A stretch of 64,000 bases of DNA from Eledone cirrhosa (GCA_964016885.1 OZ024743.1:262322001-262386000), one strand, 5' to 3'; counted from the first letter of the stretch, positions 12,722 to 25,891 are shown. Numbers and translations are program-made. The notes: a model not told the origin generated them from the sequence alone.

Positions 12722-14180
12722 TCCATCACCTTTTAACATCCATTTTTCCACACCAGCATGGGATAGATGAATTGTCCTGTTGTGAGAGAGGCTAGGGCAG
12801 ATGACTGTGTCTTGCTCATACAGAACTGAATTTGACTTGGTTTCTACAGCTGGATGCCCTTCCTAATGCCAACCACATTTACAGTCTGTACTAGGGGCTT
12901 TTTGTCATGATACCTACATGACCACTTTACTGTGTGGGCTGGGTGTTTTTTGTTGTGATACCTACATGACCACTGTATAGTGTGGGCTGGATGCTTTTTG
13001 ACGTGACACCTACACAACCACTTTATAGTGTGGGCTGAGCGCTTTTTTGTCATGTCACCTACATGACTACTTTACAGTGGGGGCTGGGTGTTTTTTGTTG
13101 TGTCACCATCATGACCACTTTACAGCATGGGCTGGGGGCTTTGGTGGGAAATGTCTGTGGGAATTGGGGAGGAAGGTATATGGGCATGTGTGAGGAGTGG
13201 AGTGTTAGGATGTGAGAGGTGTATGGAATTGAAGGTGAAGCTGGTGCATACCAGATGCTTCATCCTGTGCTCATGGGAAGGTGGGTCTTTTGAATTACTG
13301 CAGAAGACAAAAGATCCCAGTCCTATGCCATTGCCTTTGAGAGGTGCAATTGTACAAGGTCAGCTTTTCTCACCTCATTCCAAGTCTTCCTGGATTTTCC
13401 TACTCCATAGCTTCCATCAACTTGGAGCACTCTGCATCGTTTTTTTTACAGCTGTCATCCTTCATACGCATCGCATGTCCATACCAACACAATCACCTCT
13501 CTTGCACACTGCATCTGATTCCTCTTATGCCTAGTTTCTCTCTCAGTTTATTTATGCTTTGCTGTTCATGGATTACACATCCACCAAAACATGCAAACTT
13601 GATTTCTTCCCAATCTTCACAGGTCCTCTGCACATAGTGCCAAGGTCTTACTACCATGCAACATTGCTGTTTGTATACATGCATTATACAATCTGCCTTT
13701 TATTTTGAGGGAAAAGCTTTTTGTAACTAGCAGTGGTAGTAGCTCCCTGAACTTCTTCCATCCTGTTCTCATTCTGGCTACTATTGGAACAGCCACAACT
13801 GCTGCTAATTTGATCACCCAGGTAGCAGAAGCTGTCTACTGAACCTTCTCAGAATTTGATAGTGCTTGTTTCCTATGGTTATTTGCTGCTTACTGCTCTG
13901 GTGCAATGGCTCCATGTAAATCCTACATTCTTATCTAAGCTACCTGAGATACCACTACATCTCTTGTGTACCCATAGTTTGCATTTGGGACAAGGGATGG
14001 AATTTCTACAGACAGACTGACTAAGGCTATTTCCCTGAGGGGATCAGGGCTCTGTTTTCCCTTCTACTTACGAGGACCTTAGCCATTGTCAGGTTGATTT
14101 AAAGACCCTTTGTTTCTAGGCCATGCTTCCAGGTTTGGAATTTCTTCTTTAATTCTGCCATAGATTCAGCTTTGAGTGTT
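12722..14180 (-). mobile_element. Decayed RTE LINE 3' portion, with ~6 tandem 47-bp units in the 3'UTR
   Basis: Fragments [32 protein letters not shown] and SINKLREKLGIRG; tandem units at 12880-13135. Confidence 0.85.
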
Positions 14181-15261
14181 ATATATATATAAATTTGTGT
14201 ATGTGTTGGTTAGTTACAGACAGTTCAGTATGTAGGGTAGAGCACTCAACAAAGTGCGTAGGTGGGTTTGTTTATTCCAGAGTAATTTAAAAACAAGAAG
14301 TACAAGTCAACAGGTTAAAATTAACTTCATTTATTCATATTCGCCGTTATATATATTTTGATGATAACCATTATTCAACAGTTATGACCTCATCACACAG
14401 CTAAAACTTGAACAGAAAAAAACTGAAAAGCATAATGATGGAACAAAGTTTACCTCTGTTATTTCGATCTTTTGATATGCCCAGTCCTGAAGTATGGTGT
14501 TGTTTTCTCAAAGAACTGGTGACATGTGTGTGTGTGTGTAACAGTAGTCATCTGTACAGTTTTTGTCCACCAAATTTATTTATAAGGCATTGGTTAGGTT
14601 GAGGCTATTGTAGAAGATACTTGCCAAAAAGCAGGAGACTTCATTCATTGAGAAGCATTAGCAATAATGGCTACCCTGGAGTAACTTACTCATAAAATAA
14701 TAGAAGATATTTACCACTTGCTAACTGTCATCAGTTTTGGGTTTGTTGTTATGATTCACACTTGTGTAGGTTTAGCCAACCTCTTATAAGATTGCATCTC
14801 ATAGGATGTCTCTTTGGTGTTTTAATGATAGGGGCCACAATCCTATCATGCTACTATTTTTCTCATCACAGAAGGTGAAATTTAAATTCAGAAAGCACAG
14901 AGCCAGAACAATACCACAAAGCATCTTGTCTGATGCTCTACCAATTTCACAAATCAACTGCCTTGAACTGCTACTTTAATTGTTGACCCTATTCCACAAA
15001 TAAGAAGAAAGGCAAGGTTGACCTTGGTGGAATTGAACTTAGAGCATAGAGAGCTGGAAGAAATACCAATAATTATGCTTTAATGACTCAGTCACTTCAC
15101 TGCATAAAAATGTCTTCACATTTGAAATTAAATCTTTTATTCACTTAAAGCCATTAATATTAATGAACACAGTTGAACAATGCACCTAACTTTAGGCAAA
15201 CTTGCTCAGAAAATAATCAACATTTGTCACTTTCTAGCCTCTGTGTGTATCTATTTTAGAT

Positions 15262-15515
15262 TAGATGCACCATATCTCTGTTAGCTGTCAGGGCACTGCA
15301 TCTTTCAAAATTTCGATGCTTCCCAAAATTCGCCACACTACACCTGATATTCCCCCTCCATACACACACACGTGTATGTGTGTGTGTATATAGCATGACT
15401 CATACACTGTTCACTTTCCTGACATTTGTACATTATTCTATGTACTATACATGCACCTTTGAAGTGCACCTAAACACTGTACACAATTATTTTCATTGTT
15501 ATTGTTATTGTTATA
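15262..15515 (+). mobile_element. CR1 3' end fragment
   Basis: Matches 12100-12300 (tgttagctgtc..cactgcatc..gtgcacct..acacaat). Confidence 0.75.
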
Positions 15516-16482
15516 TTAGTAGAAGTGCCAAACAAGGTTGACACCAGAAAGGTCATCCAACCTAAAAAAAGGACTCCATGATGAATATAATTACATATAG
15601 GCAAGGTACAGCCCAAAATGCTCTGTGGGGGCTATCCATGGTGAGGACCTTGTTGAAACAAAGGAAGATTTCAGAGCATTTATGATGGTCAAGTACCTGA
15701 TATCCCTTGTGGAAACTGGTTTGGGACATGGAATGTAGGCATGATAACAGGGAGATTAGGAGATGTGATGGAGTCACTCAACTGACGAACAGTGGCTAAA
15801 GATGATGGAGGAGAAAATGAAAGCCTGGGGCTTGGTGAGGAGGGGCTGCAAAGGACAGAACCAAAAGGAAAAGCTTGTTACAGGGTCTATGAGGTTAACC
15901 TCTGCTTTAGCAGGGAAAAGTGGTCTTAAAATGCTTGCGTGTGTCACTCGCTTACTAATATCAGCCAACAAACTAACCCAAAATATACCTAACTGAATAA
16001 ATAAATAATGATTTAATTATTCAAACAAAAATAAAGAAAAATAAAGTTTGCAGCTAATTTTGGCAGGATATCTTCAGACATGACAACTCCCATTAGCATT
16101 TCATTTCTATCAATTAGCAGTGACTTTTGAAAGTTTTGCCAACATTTTCTTCAGCAACATTTTAACTACATGGAATAGTTTCCATTCTCTTGGTGTTAAT
16201 TGTATATCAAATGTCTGTATTTCTGGAATGAGATTCTGTAAAATTCTAGACATTGATTAACTTGCATCTTTTGTGCTTCCATCCATTTTAGTCCATCTAT
16301 ATTTCCACCAGAATAGTCTATTGAAGGTATAATTTTTTTACATATATAAATACATATGTACATCATCTTCCATTAGGTTTCAACTGACAGTTGAGTTTTT
16401 TTTTTGAAGCACAAAACTTTAATACATAGAAAAATGTCCATTCTTCTATATTTGTGTGTGCGTACACACACACATGTATATG

Positions 16483-16579
16483 CAGGGTGTTCAAAAAATG
16501 TATACAAACTTCAACAGCATTCTAATAAATATTGCCTGTACAGGTATCAAAGTGTGTATACATTTTTTGGGACACCCTG
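16483..16579. mobile_element. Tc1/mariner-type MITE
   Basis: TIRs cagggtgttcaaaaaatgtatac / gtatacattttttgggacaccctg; TA on the right flank, TG on the left. Confidence 0.8.
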
Positions 16580-16688
16580 TATATATATATATATTGTCAG
16601 TAGCACTATGACATCGCTAAGCATATACTATCAAAGAAAAATATTTTCTCTCTTGCTCTTTGAACACGTCACAGATATGTGAGTAGCA

Positions 16689-16753
16689 GTTGAGAATGCC
16701 AGACAGCGCTATTTCAAGATTCGTTAACCTCTCATCAGTGACATTCACTCAAC
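16689..16753 (-). ncRNA. Type I hammerhead ribozyme (Penelope/retrozyme type), slightly decayed
   Basis: Minus strand GUUGAGUGAAUGUCA-CUGAUGA-GAGGUU(AACG)AAUCUU-GAAA-U-AGCGCU-G-UC-UGGCAUUCUCAAC. Both core boxes intact; stem I 8+5 bp with a 2-nt bulge; stem II 6 bp; minimal stem III with palindromic loop; GUC cleavage triplet. Confidence 0.8.
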
Positions 16754-17411
16754 TGGTACTGACATGGAAATAGACTAGAGTCTGTATAGATTTTGCATGA
16801 AAACATTTGATGCCGATGCTCATTTGTATATAGTAAATAAAATTCTCAGCCCACACTGAAAATTGGTAGTGCTGGTGTCACAATAAAATACACTCGGCCT
16901 ACACTGTAAAGTGATAGTGCTTCAATTCTCTCTTTTCTTTTGGACTATCAAAGAGATAGCACTTGTTTTGGTGTTGTGTTCCTTTATGTCTCGTCCTTCC
17001 TTTAGCTAAAACTGACTTCAGTAATTTAAGACAATTTTCATAGTTAACTTTTCAGCTTCTATTTTCTTGTCTCTTTCCTGGTAATTGTCTCATTTAATCG
17101 AATAAATACACTCCATCATGTGATTCATTCCTGAGCTGTAATGAATCTATTTTGCCTCGTTACTCACTCTTTGTTATAATTGATTCCGAACAGCTAGTGT
17201 AATCATTTTCCCAGTGGTTGCGGTGTATTCTGAGCATTTGCAGTTACCAATCTTAAAATACCTACAACTTGAATTTCCTTTTATATCTGTGATATCTTTG
17301 GATTTTCACACTTAGAACAGATGGCTGAAGATTGGAACTTGTTTGTTTGTTGTTTGTATTGTCCAATATTTGATTTATATGCACACACACATATATATGT
17401 GTGTGTGTGAC

Positions 17412-18590
17412 CATCATTATTATCCTTTGTACATCTGCTTTTCCACACTTGCATGGGTTGGATGAGTCCTTCTCAGCGCAGCATCTCTCCACTTGTTGGG
17501 TTCCTTCATAATCTCCTCTGCCAAGCTTAGTGATTTGAAGTCCACTCTCACAACCTCTACTCAGGTCTTTCTTGGTTGTCCTCAATGGTGGCTTCCTTCT
17601 ACTGAGATTTCCTGGCATTTCTTCACCCATTGGTTATTGTCCATACCAATGCAGTCTTCTCTTCTGCACATCACCTAGGACTCCTCTTAACCCACTTCTC
17701 CCTCAGCTCATCCAAGCTCTGCTTTTCTCTCACATTTACATTCACCCACAACAAAGGATGGTTGCTTCATTTCTCTCCAGTCTACACATGTCCTCTGTGG
17801 TCACAGCCCATGTTTCACTCCATGCAGCATCACACACTGTATACAGGCGTCATACAGCCTTCCTTTCATATGTAAGGAGAAACCTTTTGTTGTCAGCAGT
17901 GGGAGCAGTTTTCTAAACTTCTTCCCTCTTATCCTTATTCTAGTTATTATACTCTTAGCACACCCTCCTCCACTGCTAATTAGGTCACCTTGATAGCAGA
18001 AGCTATCAACCACGTCTATGGATCCTTCCTGTGATGGGAAAAGGTTTATATCATTAGCACTCTTTCTTGTGATTTCTCCTGTGCATCTTCTACAAGCAAA
18101 GTTCCCCCTTCCTGTTAGTCTACTCGTTATTCCACTACCTCTTTTGTGGTTTAAATTGTGTACATTGTATGAAGTTTATGCCTACTCCTCATCTACATAT
18201 TGAGCAGGGCCACTTCCCTGCAGGAATTTGGGTCCCATCTTCTTTCCTATTCACTAGCACTTCAGTTTTGTCTAGATTTACTCTCAGACTTTTTGTTTGA
18301 TTCCAAATTCAGTTTCCATAATCTGAATTTATTTTCTAGTTCTTTTTTGGTTTTAGTTATAAGGACCAAATCATCTGCATAGAGAAGTTCCCATGGGCAG
18401 CCTGTTTTAAACTCCTCTGTTATGGTCTGAAGAACTATGATGAACAGCTGTAGGTTAAGAACTGAACCTTGATGAACTCTTACCTGTACCTTGAATTCCT
18501 CACTAAACTCGTTTCCTACTCTTATTTTACTGACAGCTTCTCTGTACATAGCTTGCACTGCTCTCACAAGCTATTCTTTTGTGCCTAATC
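17412..18590 (-). mobile_element. Decayed RTE LINE (RT to 3' end)
   Basis: [45 protein letters not shown]; KKFRKLLPLL..GRLYDAC. Confidence 0.9.
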
Positions 18591-18649
18591 TCCCACAATG
18601 CTGTTATCATGGACAAAAGCATTAAGTCTACTCTGGATGCTGATCCAGT

Positions 18650-19200
18650 GCTACAACAAAAACACCCAGTCCATCATGTAAGGTAGTCGTGATGGTTACA
18701 TGAGAAAAAAACACCCAGTCCACCCTGTAAAGTGGTTGTGCTGGTGACATGACAAAAAGTACCTAGTACACCCTGTTAAGTGGTTGTTTCGGTGCCATGA
18801 TAAAAAGCACTCAGCTCACACAGTAGCATAGTTGGGATTAGGAAGGGCATCTAACTGTAGAAACTAAGCCAAAATACAGATTCATATGAGCAAGAGATAG
18901 TTACCTGACCTGAATTGCCTTATAATGTGACAAAGTGGATTGGGTATTTTTTTCCTGTTACCTGCACAACCACATTACAAGGTGGACAGTGCATATTTCT
19001 TTCTCATGTCACCCAACAGGGTGAACTAGGTACTTTTTCTCGTATTACCAGCACAACTTCTATACAGGATGGACTGGTGGGGTGGCTCTTGCCATGTCAC
19101 CAATACAACCACCTTACAGAATGAATTGGGAGCTGCTTTTTGTCATGCTACCCATACAACTACCTTACAGGATAGACTGGATGATTTTGATGTGGCACCA
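18650..19200. repeat. Tail-to-tail RTE-3'UTR 47-bp unit arrays
   Basis: Plus-oriented units (aaaacacccagtccaccctgtaaagtggt) at 18655-18910, then opposite-orientation decayed units at 18925-19200. Confidence 0.6.
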
Positions 19201-20601
19201 AATTGCCATACAGGGTGGCTAAACTACATAATAGAAGGGAGAGAGCAGAACCAGTTAAACATACATTGTAAGTGTAAATACAGAAAAGAAAACAAACACA
19301 CACAGGCACACATAATCTACACAAACTTAGCTTTGTTACAATTTGATGAAGAACCAAATATTATCTATTCCGCCGAGGTTAACTTTGCCTTTCATTCTTA
19401 CGGGGTCGATAAAATAAAGTACCAGTAATACACTGGGTAATTGCCGGCCTTGTGCCAAAAGTAGAAACAATTATTTATTCCCTCTATATAACAACAGGTT
19501 ATGTACTAGTACATATAAATATATGGCATAATATATTGGCTGTTGAATTAAACAACTATACTTTTTACCAACACTAATTAGAACTTACCATAAGGAGACT
19601 GAAAGAATTGTGGTTCCTGTAAAAGAAAGTGTCTTTGATTGCCAGCAGACTTTGATTGCCAGCAAACAATCCTGAATTAACTATTGTCAAATATTTCCAA
19701 ACAACAACAACAACAACAACAACAAGTATTTATTGGAAAAAAACAAAAAAATAACAGAAATATTTAGGCAGTTAAAAATAATATTTGAAAGCAAGAGGGA
19801 AAAAATTCTACAAAGGAAAAATGGTTTCTTGAAATGAAGAAATGAATTCCACAAATAATTTGTAAAATGAAATAATGAGTTTCAACAAAAGAATTTTTTG
19901 TTGTTATCATTCACTCTACCCCATTTAACAAAGGAGCCTCTACTTGGTCATTGGATCTGTTAGAAATAGCAATCAAATCTCCCTCAAATCATATCCTAAT
20001 AAGGAAACGTCACATTGAATAAGAAGTCCTTGATATAAGTAAAAAAAGACAAAAATTGTTACGGCTGGAATACCTTCGATCATAGGTCTGTTTGATGAGA
20101 GTTGGCATGGGGCTAAATAATCTTCTCAAATTTAGACACAAATCAAGTAATTTGGAGGGAGGGGAAATCAATTAGATCAATTACTTGATTAGTACTTTAT
20201 TTTATCAACCCCGAAAGGCTGAAAGACAAAGTTGACTTCACTAGGATTCAAAAACAAAATGTAAAGTGCTAGAATAAGTACAGCAAGGCCTAATGTTTCT
20301 ACTCAACATTTTCCATTGATCAGGGACTAAATGATAACAAGATCATGTCACTCTTTAAAACAACAATCTCAGAACTTTTCTCTTTCACAGTCCTTCAACC
20401 AATGATTTGTCTTAAATTTCTTCCTTCTGCTTTTTAGAACATTTTTTGGGGTACCACAGATGAGTTGAACAGCCAGAGATTGTACAAAATACTCAGCCTA
20501 CAGATTTCATCATCATAGCCTTTTGGCAGAAATAGACAGCACTCACAATGAAGGTTCATAATTTTTGACAGTTCAATCTATCTACATGAAAACAGCTACT
20601 A

Positions 20602-21575
20602 TAATTGTTTTTTACTTTAGGCACAAGGCCAGCAATTACAGTGCATTACTGGTACTTTTATTTTATCGACCCCGTAAGGATGAAAGGCAAAGTCAACCTC
20701 GGTGGGATTTGAACTCAGATCATAAAGGGCCGTAACTCTTTGCTGCAAAGCATGGCGTCCGACCCTCTACCGATACTGCCAATCCACCGCCCTATAATGT
20801 GATATAGTTTCACTCCAGTAAGTAAAAGGCACACTAAATAATTAGCATTGGTTTCATTGGCTTGCAGTGCTGAGTTTGATTCCTGTTATGGCATAAAGTT
20901 ACTTGTTCTGAGATTGGAATATAAATGGGGACAATAATAATAATTGTTTTTACTTTTGGCACAAGGCCAGCAATTATCTCAGTGCATTACTGGTACTTTA
21001 TTTTATCGACCCCATAAGGATGAAACGCATAATAATAATAATAAAAGCAATTGCTGCAAGAGATACAGAAAATAGTGACTTGTATTGCCCATGTCCTGAG
21101 AAGGGTTTTATCAATTAAAAAACTTTGCAAGGATATTTACTGTTGTTTGTGCCCTTGTGGCATCATTTGTATGACAATTGATTGTAAAATGTGTGTATTT
21201 TCAAATTTTGCCTCAGGTGCCAGGTTGACACTCAGCAAGATATGAGAAAGAAGCAGAACTCAAAGGAAGTTTCAAATCATAATAATTGTTTCTACTTTTG
21301 GCACAAGGCAAGCAATTACCTAGACATTACTGGTACTTTATTTTATCGACCCCGTAAGGATGAAAGAATGGTTTCTAATATAGGTATAAGGCCAGCAAAT
21401 TTGGGGGAGTGGAAACTCGATTAAATAGACCCCAGGGCGTGACTGGTACTTTATTTTATTGACCCCATGAGGATGAAAGGTGAAATTAACCTCAGTGGGA
21501 TTTGTACTCAGAATGTAAAGAGCCATAACTATGCTGCAAAGCATGGTGTCCAACACTCTACCGATACAGCCAGTT
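20602..21575 (-). mobile_element. Cluster of SINE family A copies and fragments
   Basis: Full copy at 20602-20792; fragments at 20940-21030, 21280-21368 and 21370-21575. Confidence 0.8.
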
Positions 21576-22847
21576 AACTCTTAACATCCTGTACCACATA
21601 GAACTACATTCACAAGACATCTTTGAAAAGTAAAAATGAACACTATGACTGTCACAGTAAAAGTTAAAGTCTTTAGTTTATTGCAAGTTTTCACAATGAT
21701 CTGTCCTCTAGCAAAGATTTTGTAAACATTTGAATTAACAACTGTTTTAAAATATTTTCTGTTAAATCATTACAAAATTTATTTTAAGGCAATTTTAGAA
21801 CTACACAAATTTTTGAGGAAGCTGCCATGACCCAGTGTTTGATATTCCCTGAGTCTGAGAAACATTTGTAATGGGGCAATTTTTTTTACATCTGATGAGT
21901 GTTTTAAGTCTTTTAATCATTCAGCATTTATATTACTCTATATTTACTATTGCATTTTCTTGGTAAAGGCTTTACCTCACATAATATTGAATCTATGAGA
22001 TTTTGATATTATTTATTTTGAGAACAATGCCGTAACATCAATATGAGTGGCTGGTTACAGCTGGTTTGAACAGAAAGAGGTAAGAGAACAGAATTTTGGC
22101 CAGATTCAGCCGGTTTAAATGTTATGCTACCATCTAAGTGCATGTGGTATGATCACACAGTGTAAACTTATTGCACAAAATTAGATTTAGAATTACATAA
22201 GGAAGAATCAACTGCACAAGTAGGGGTCAACTACACATGAAATCACTGAATTATTGCAAGATATAAAGAGTTAACATGATGGTTGGCCTCAAACAGGAAA
22301 AGACATGAATCAAGAAAAAATACTTGAATAAACAATTAAATATATATTTCTTTCTTGAAAAAAAAACACAACAAAAAACAGTGCAAGTGATGTCAGTCAA
22401 TACAAACAAACCAATTCTTTGGTAAACTTATTGCAGTTTTCAAAAATCAGATATGTTTTATTTATTTATTATTTAATTTTTAGAATATTTATTTCAAACA
22501 CACAAATAAATTTTGATATTGTTTTTGTTTTAGATTTTAGTTCAGTTGTTGTTGTTGTTGTTGTTGTTGTTACTGCTATTGTTGTCTTGCTTTGGTCAAA
22601 TGTTCAAAAGCAAGTTATTTTTAATATTTTATTACTTTTTGTTTAGTATTTATTTATTAAATATACTTTTTTTAATAATGAATTTCCCCGCCCCTCCCCC
22701 ACACTCCATACAGAGGATTTAGTTAGTTTAACACTGAGAGGAAAAAAATAACAATAAAAAAAACAAAATGCAAAAAAAATAAAAATAAAATAAACAGAGC
22801 AATTCTCTTGCTCTTGAGATATATTTTGTGTATGTGTATATGTATGT

Positions 22848-23110
22848 GGAGGCACATGGCCTAGTGGTAAGGGTGTTGGACTTACAATCATAATGTCGTG
22901 GGTTCAATTCCCGGGCTGGGTTGTGTGTTGTGTTCTTGAGCAAAACACCTCATTTCATGTTGCTTTAGTATAATCAGCTGAAAATGAGTACCAGCAATAG
23001 CTGGGGGTTTAACCCTGCAATGGACTGGCGTCCTTTCAGTTGCTTCATGCCACAGAAACCGGGATAAGCACCGGTCTGATGAGCTTCCGAGCTCGAGACA
23101 AACTTTAGAC
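22848..23110 (+). mobile_element. tRNA-derived SINE family B (CORE-like domain)
   Basis: A box tggcctagtggt, B box ggttcaattcc, CORE-like gtgttcttgagcaa..cac, tail tgcttcatgccacagaaaccgggataag; related copy at 28417-28695. Confidence 0.8.
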
Positions 23111-23271
23111 TTAGAAATATATGTATGTAGATATGGATTTGTTTTTGTGCCTATGAGTGAATATTCATAAGTGTATAAATAAAATATAATATAAATACAT
23201 ACATACATATCTATATAAGTAGGGAACAGTTTTCCTTTCAAATATGTCATATTGAAAATACAACTGTGCAC

Positions 23272-23585
23272 CAGTTTGATCACTTTTATTAAAGGTTTTC
23301 ATATTTCCTTATTAGTTTTTTATATTTCATTTGGAACAAAACCATTCCTAAACACATGTGTGTATTAATATTCTGAGGTTTTCACACTCCAATCTTCAGA
23401 ATCAGAGTAATCATACTAGTGGTATTGGTCTGGTACCTGACCAAAACTCTACAAAGCTATTCTGATTCTGAAGATGGGGCTGTGAAGGCCTTGAAATGTT
23501 AATACACACATGGATTTAAAAATGCTATTGTTCCAAACAAGCCATAGAGAACTAATAAAATCCTTAATAAAAATGATCAAATTAG
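23272..23585. repeat. Old ~310-bp imperfect palindrome
   Basis: Arms tttgatcacttttattaa..ttggaacaa..tgtgtgtattaa..tcttcagaatcaga pair with tctgattctgaaga..ttaatacacaca..ttgttccaa..ttaataaaaatgatcaaa; centre ttggtctggtacctgaccaa. Confidence 0.75.
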
Positions 23586-23759
23586 AGCCCAGAAATGTTT
23601 TCAATACAACATATATAAAAATACATAATATGTGCATTAGCTGAAACTTCAGACCAATTCATAAAGTTCCATACATCTTGATTCATAGAGAAGAGCATTT
23701 AGTCTTTAGCTGTTATTCAATGAATAACTGGTAATTCATGATGTGTGTATGTTACAAGC

Positions 23760-24160
23760 TAGACAAAAGCACCCAGTCCAACCTGTAAAGAGGCTGTGAT
23801 GGTGACATGACAAAAAGTGGCTGGTTTGGTGCAAAGCACCTAGTCCACACTGTAAAGTTGTTGCTTTGGTGTCACAACAAAAGCACTCAGTCCATACTGT
23901 AAAGTGGTCCTTTTGGCGCTATGACAAAAAAGTGCCCAGTCCACACTATAAAGTCATCATTTTGGTGCTACGATAAAAGGCACCCAGTCCATGCTGAAAA
24001 TGTGGTTGGTGTTAGGAAGGACATCCAGCCGTAGAAACCAAGCCAGAAAAAGTTCTGTATGAGCAAGAAAGTCATCTGACCTGACTTAACTCACAATGGG
24101 ACAACTCGTCTAACCTATGACAGTGGGGAAAAATGGACATTAAACAGTGATGAAGATGAC
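23760..24160 (+). mobile_element. RTE 3'UTR-derived fragment with tandem 47-bp units
   Basis: About five units, then gttaggaaggacatccagccgtagaaacc and a gat-rich tail. Confidence 0.75.
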
Positions 24161-24964
24161 AATATATATATATATTTGTGCATGTGTGCTTGTATATATA
24201 TAAAAAAACCTCATTTTCTTCTTAAAATTCGTTGGATTTTCAAATTGGATTTCCACTCTGAAACTGGATATACATCTGGAGTTTACCTGAACTTCCACCA
24301 GGAAATCTTTTTGTATTACTGAAATTTTCTTTGCTTCTTATATATATATATATATATGACAGAAAAAAAGAGAATCAGTGTTGCGACGAATGGAATTTAT
24401 TGGACAACCTTTATATCATACTCTGCTCTATGAGAGCATCGAGTGCTCAAACGGCCTACCGCAAACGGACGCTTTAAGCATCCAACACCAATTATATATA
24501 TATATATTTGAAAAATGTATTAGACACTTTGCTATACTATGGACTTCAGAAAATATTCTAATAACAGGGAATATAAGATCCCAGAAGGAAAAAAGATGCC
24601 CATTTTTTTATGATCTGGGGGTTTATATGCCCTGTTATTAAACTATTTTTTGTAGTCTAAAGTATGATAAAAGCTTCTTATTCAATTTTCTAATACCACT
24701 TGCCACTGTCTTCTAAACACATGTACTTATATATGTAATATTATATATATAGATTCTTCTATGTATACTAAACAAATTTTTCACTTTTTTCCTTGTTTAT
24801 TATGGGGGTGCGCAGTATACACCATAACTAAATGTTTCCAGTTTTATTTTAGGCTTTTCCAGATATTTTTCTGGTCAAAAAGGGGTGCACATTATATACA
24901 AATGCATGCAATACATGGAGGAATATGGGATACATGTATATATATATGTATGTATGTATATACG

Positions 24965-25013
<49 letters not shown>

Positions 25014-25132
25014 TCATCATCATCATCATCATCAGCGTTTAACGTCCGTGTTCCACGCTTGCATGGGTTTGGACGGGGGTAGTCCCACTTGAGGCAAGAG
25101 TGATTGTCTTGCTCGCATAGGACTGTCTGGCA

Positions 25133-25192
<60 letters not shown>

Positions 25193-25202
25193 ATATATAT
25201 AT

Positions 25203-25398
25203 AACGAAGGAAATGTGGTAAGGAACCAGGTGGACCATAACGCACCAAAGTACTCAATACTTGAGGTAGTAGAGTGGGTAATAGGAACCAGTAAGACCCC
25301 GACAGCTGAGCTCAAGCCGTTTCGACGGCTAATTCTCCCATGAGAATTAGCCGTCGAAACGGCTTGAGCTCAGCTGTCGGGGTCTTACTGGTTCCTAT
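25203..25398 (-). mobile_element. (TA)n-embedded palindromic element, copy 2
   Basis: Perfect 57-bp inverted arms (25281-25337 / 25342-25398) with a 4-nt loop; unique flank homologous to 4938-5020; (TA)n on both sides. Confidence 0.7.
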
Positions 25399-25850
25399 AT
25401 ATATATATATATATATCTTTGTGATCCTGTTTATAATTTTTGAACTCCTGAAGAAGGGCTAAAGCCCAACACATCGAACTTTCTTTCCCCTTTTCCATAT
25501 AAAGCATGAAACTAATAAGACTTTTTGTACCTCTGTATGAACTACATATATATATACATATGGAATACATATATATATATACAGCCCATCTAACAGGCTT
25601 TCCATGTACCCAAGTACATATGTATGTATACAGCCCATCTAACAGGTTTTCCATGTACCCAATTTCATTCTCAAAGCTTGGGCAAACCCAAAGCAATGGT
25701 AGAGACACTTGTCCAAGATGCAAATATACCCAGGACCACGTCATCATCATCATCATCATCATCATTGTTTAACGTCCATCTTCCACGCTTGCATGGGTAT
25801 AAATACACACATATATATACATATATAAATACATATACTCATCATCATCA

Positions 25851-25891
<41 letters not shown>

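Noticed and set aside
12880-13135. Regularly spaced ~47-bp repeats resembling a CRISPR array
   Set aside because: Contiguous tandem units with no unique spacers, inside an RTE 3'UTR in a eukaryotic context; no cas genes.
14382-14491. Candidate plus-strand exon (caacag|TTATGAC...CCTGAA|gtatgg)
   Set aside because: Weak polypyrimidine tract, the frames I could read from the acceptor hit stops, and no partner exons or recognisable homology.
16030-16320. Protein-like minus-strand stretch (DYSGGNIDGLKWMEAQ...)
   Set aside because: Multiple stops and no family I can identify.
20438-20560. Strong plus-strand acceptor followed by NIFWGTTDELNSQRLYKILSLQISSS*
   Set aside because: Short, no recognisable homology and no supported upstream exon.
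23076-23100. ctgatgagcttccgagctcgagac (also ~28663 and minus strand ~45640-45665) as a hammerhead
   Set aside because: It is the SINE family B tail; the hairpin consumes the GA of the core box, GAAA is absent or misplaced, and no stems I/III form.
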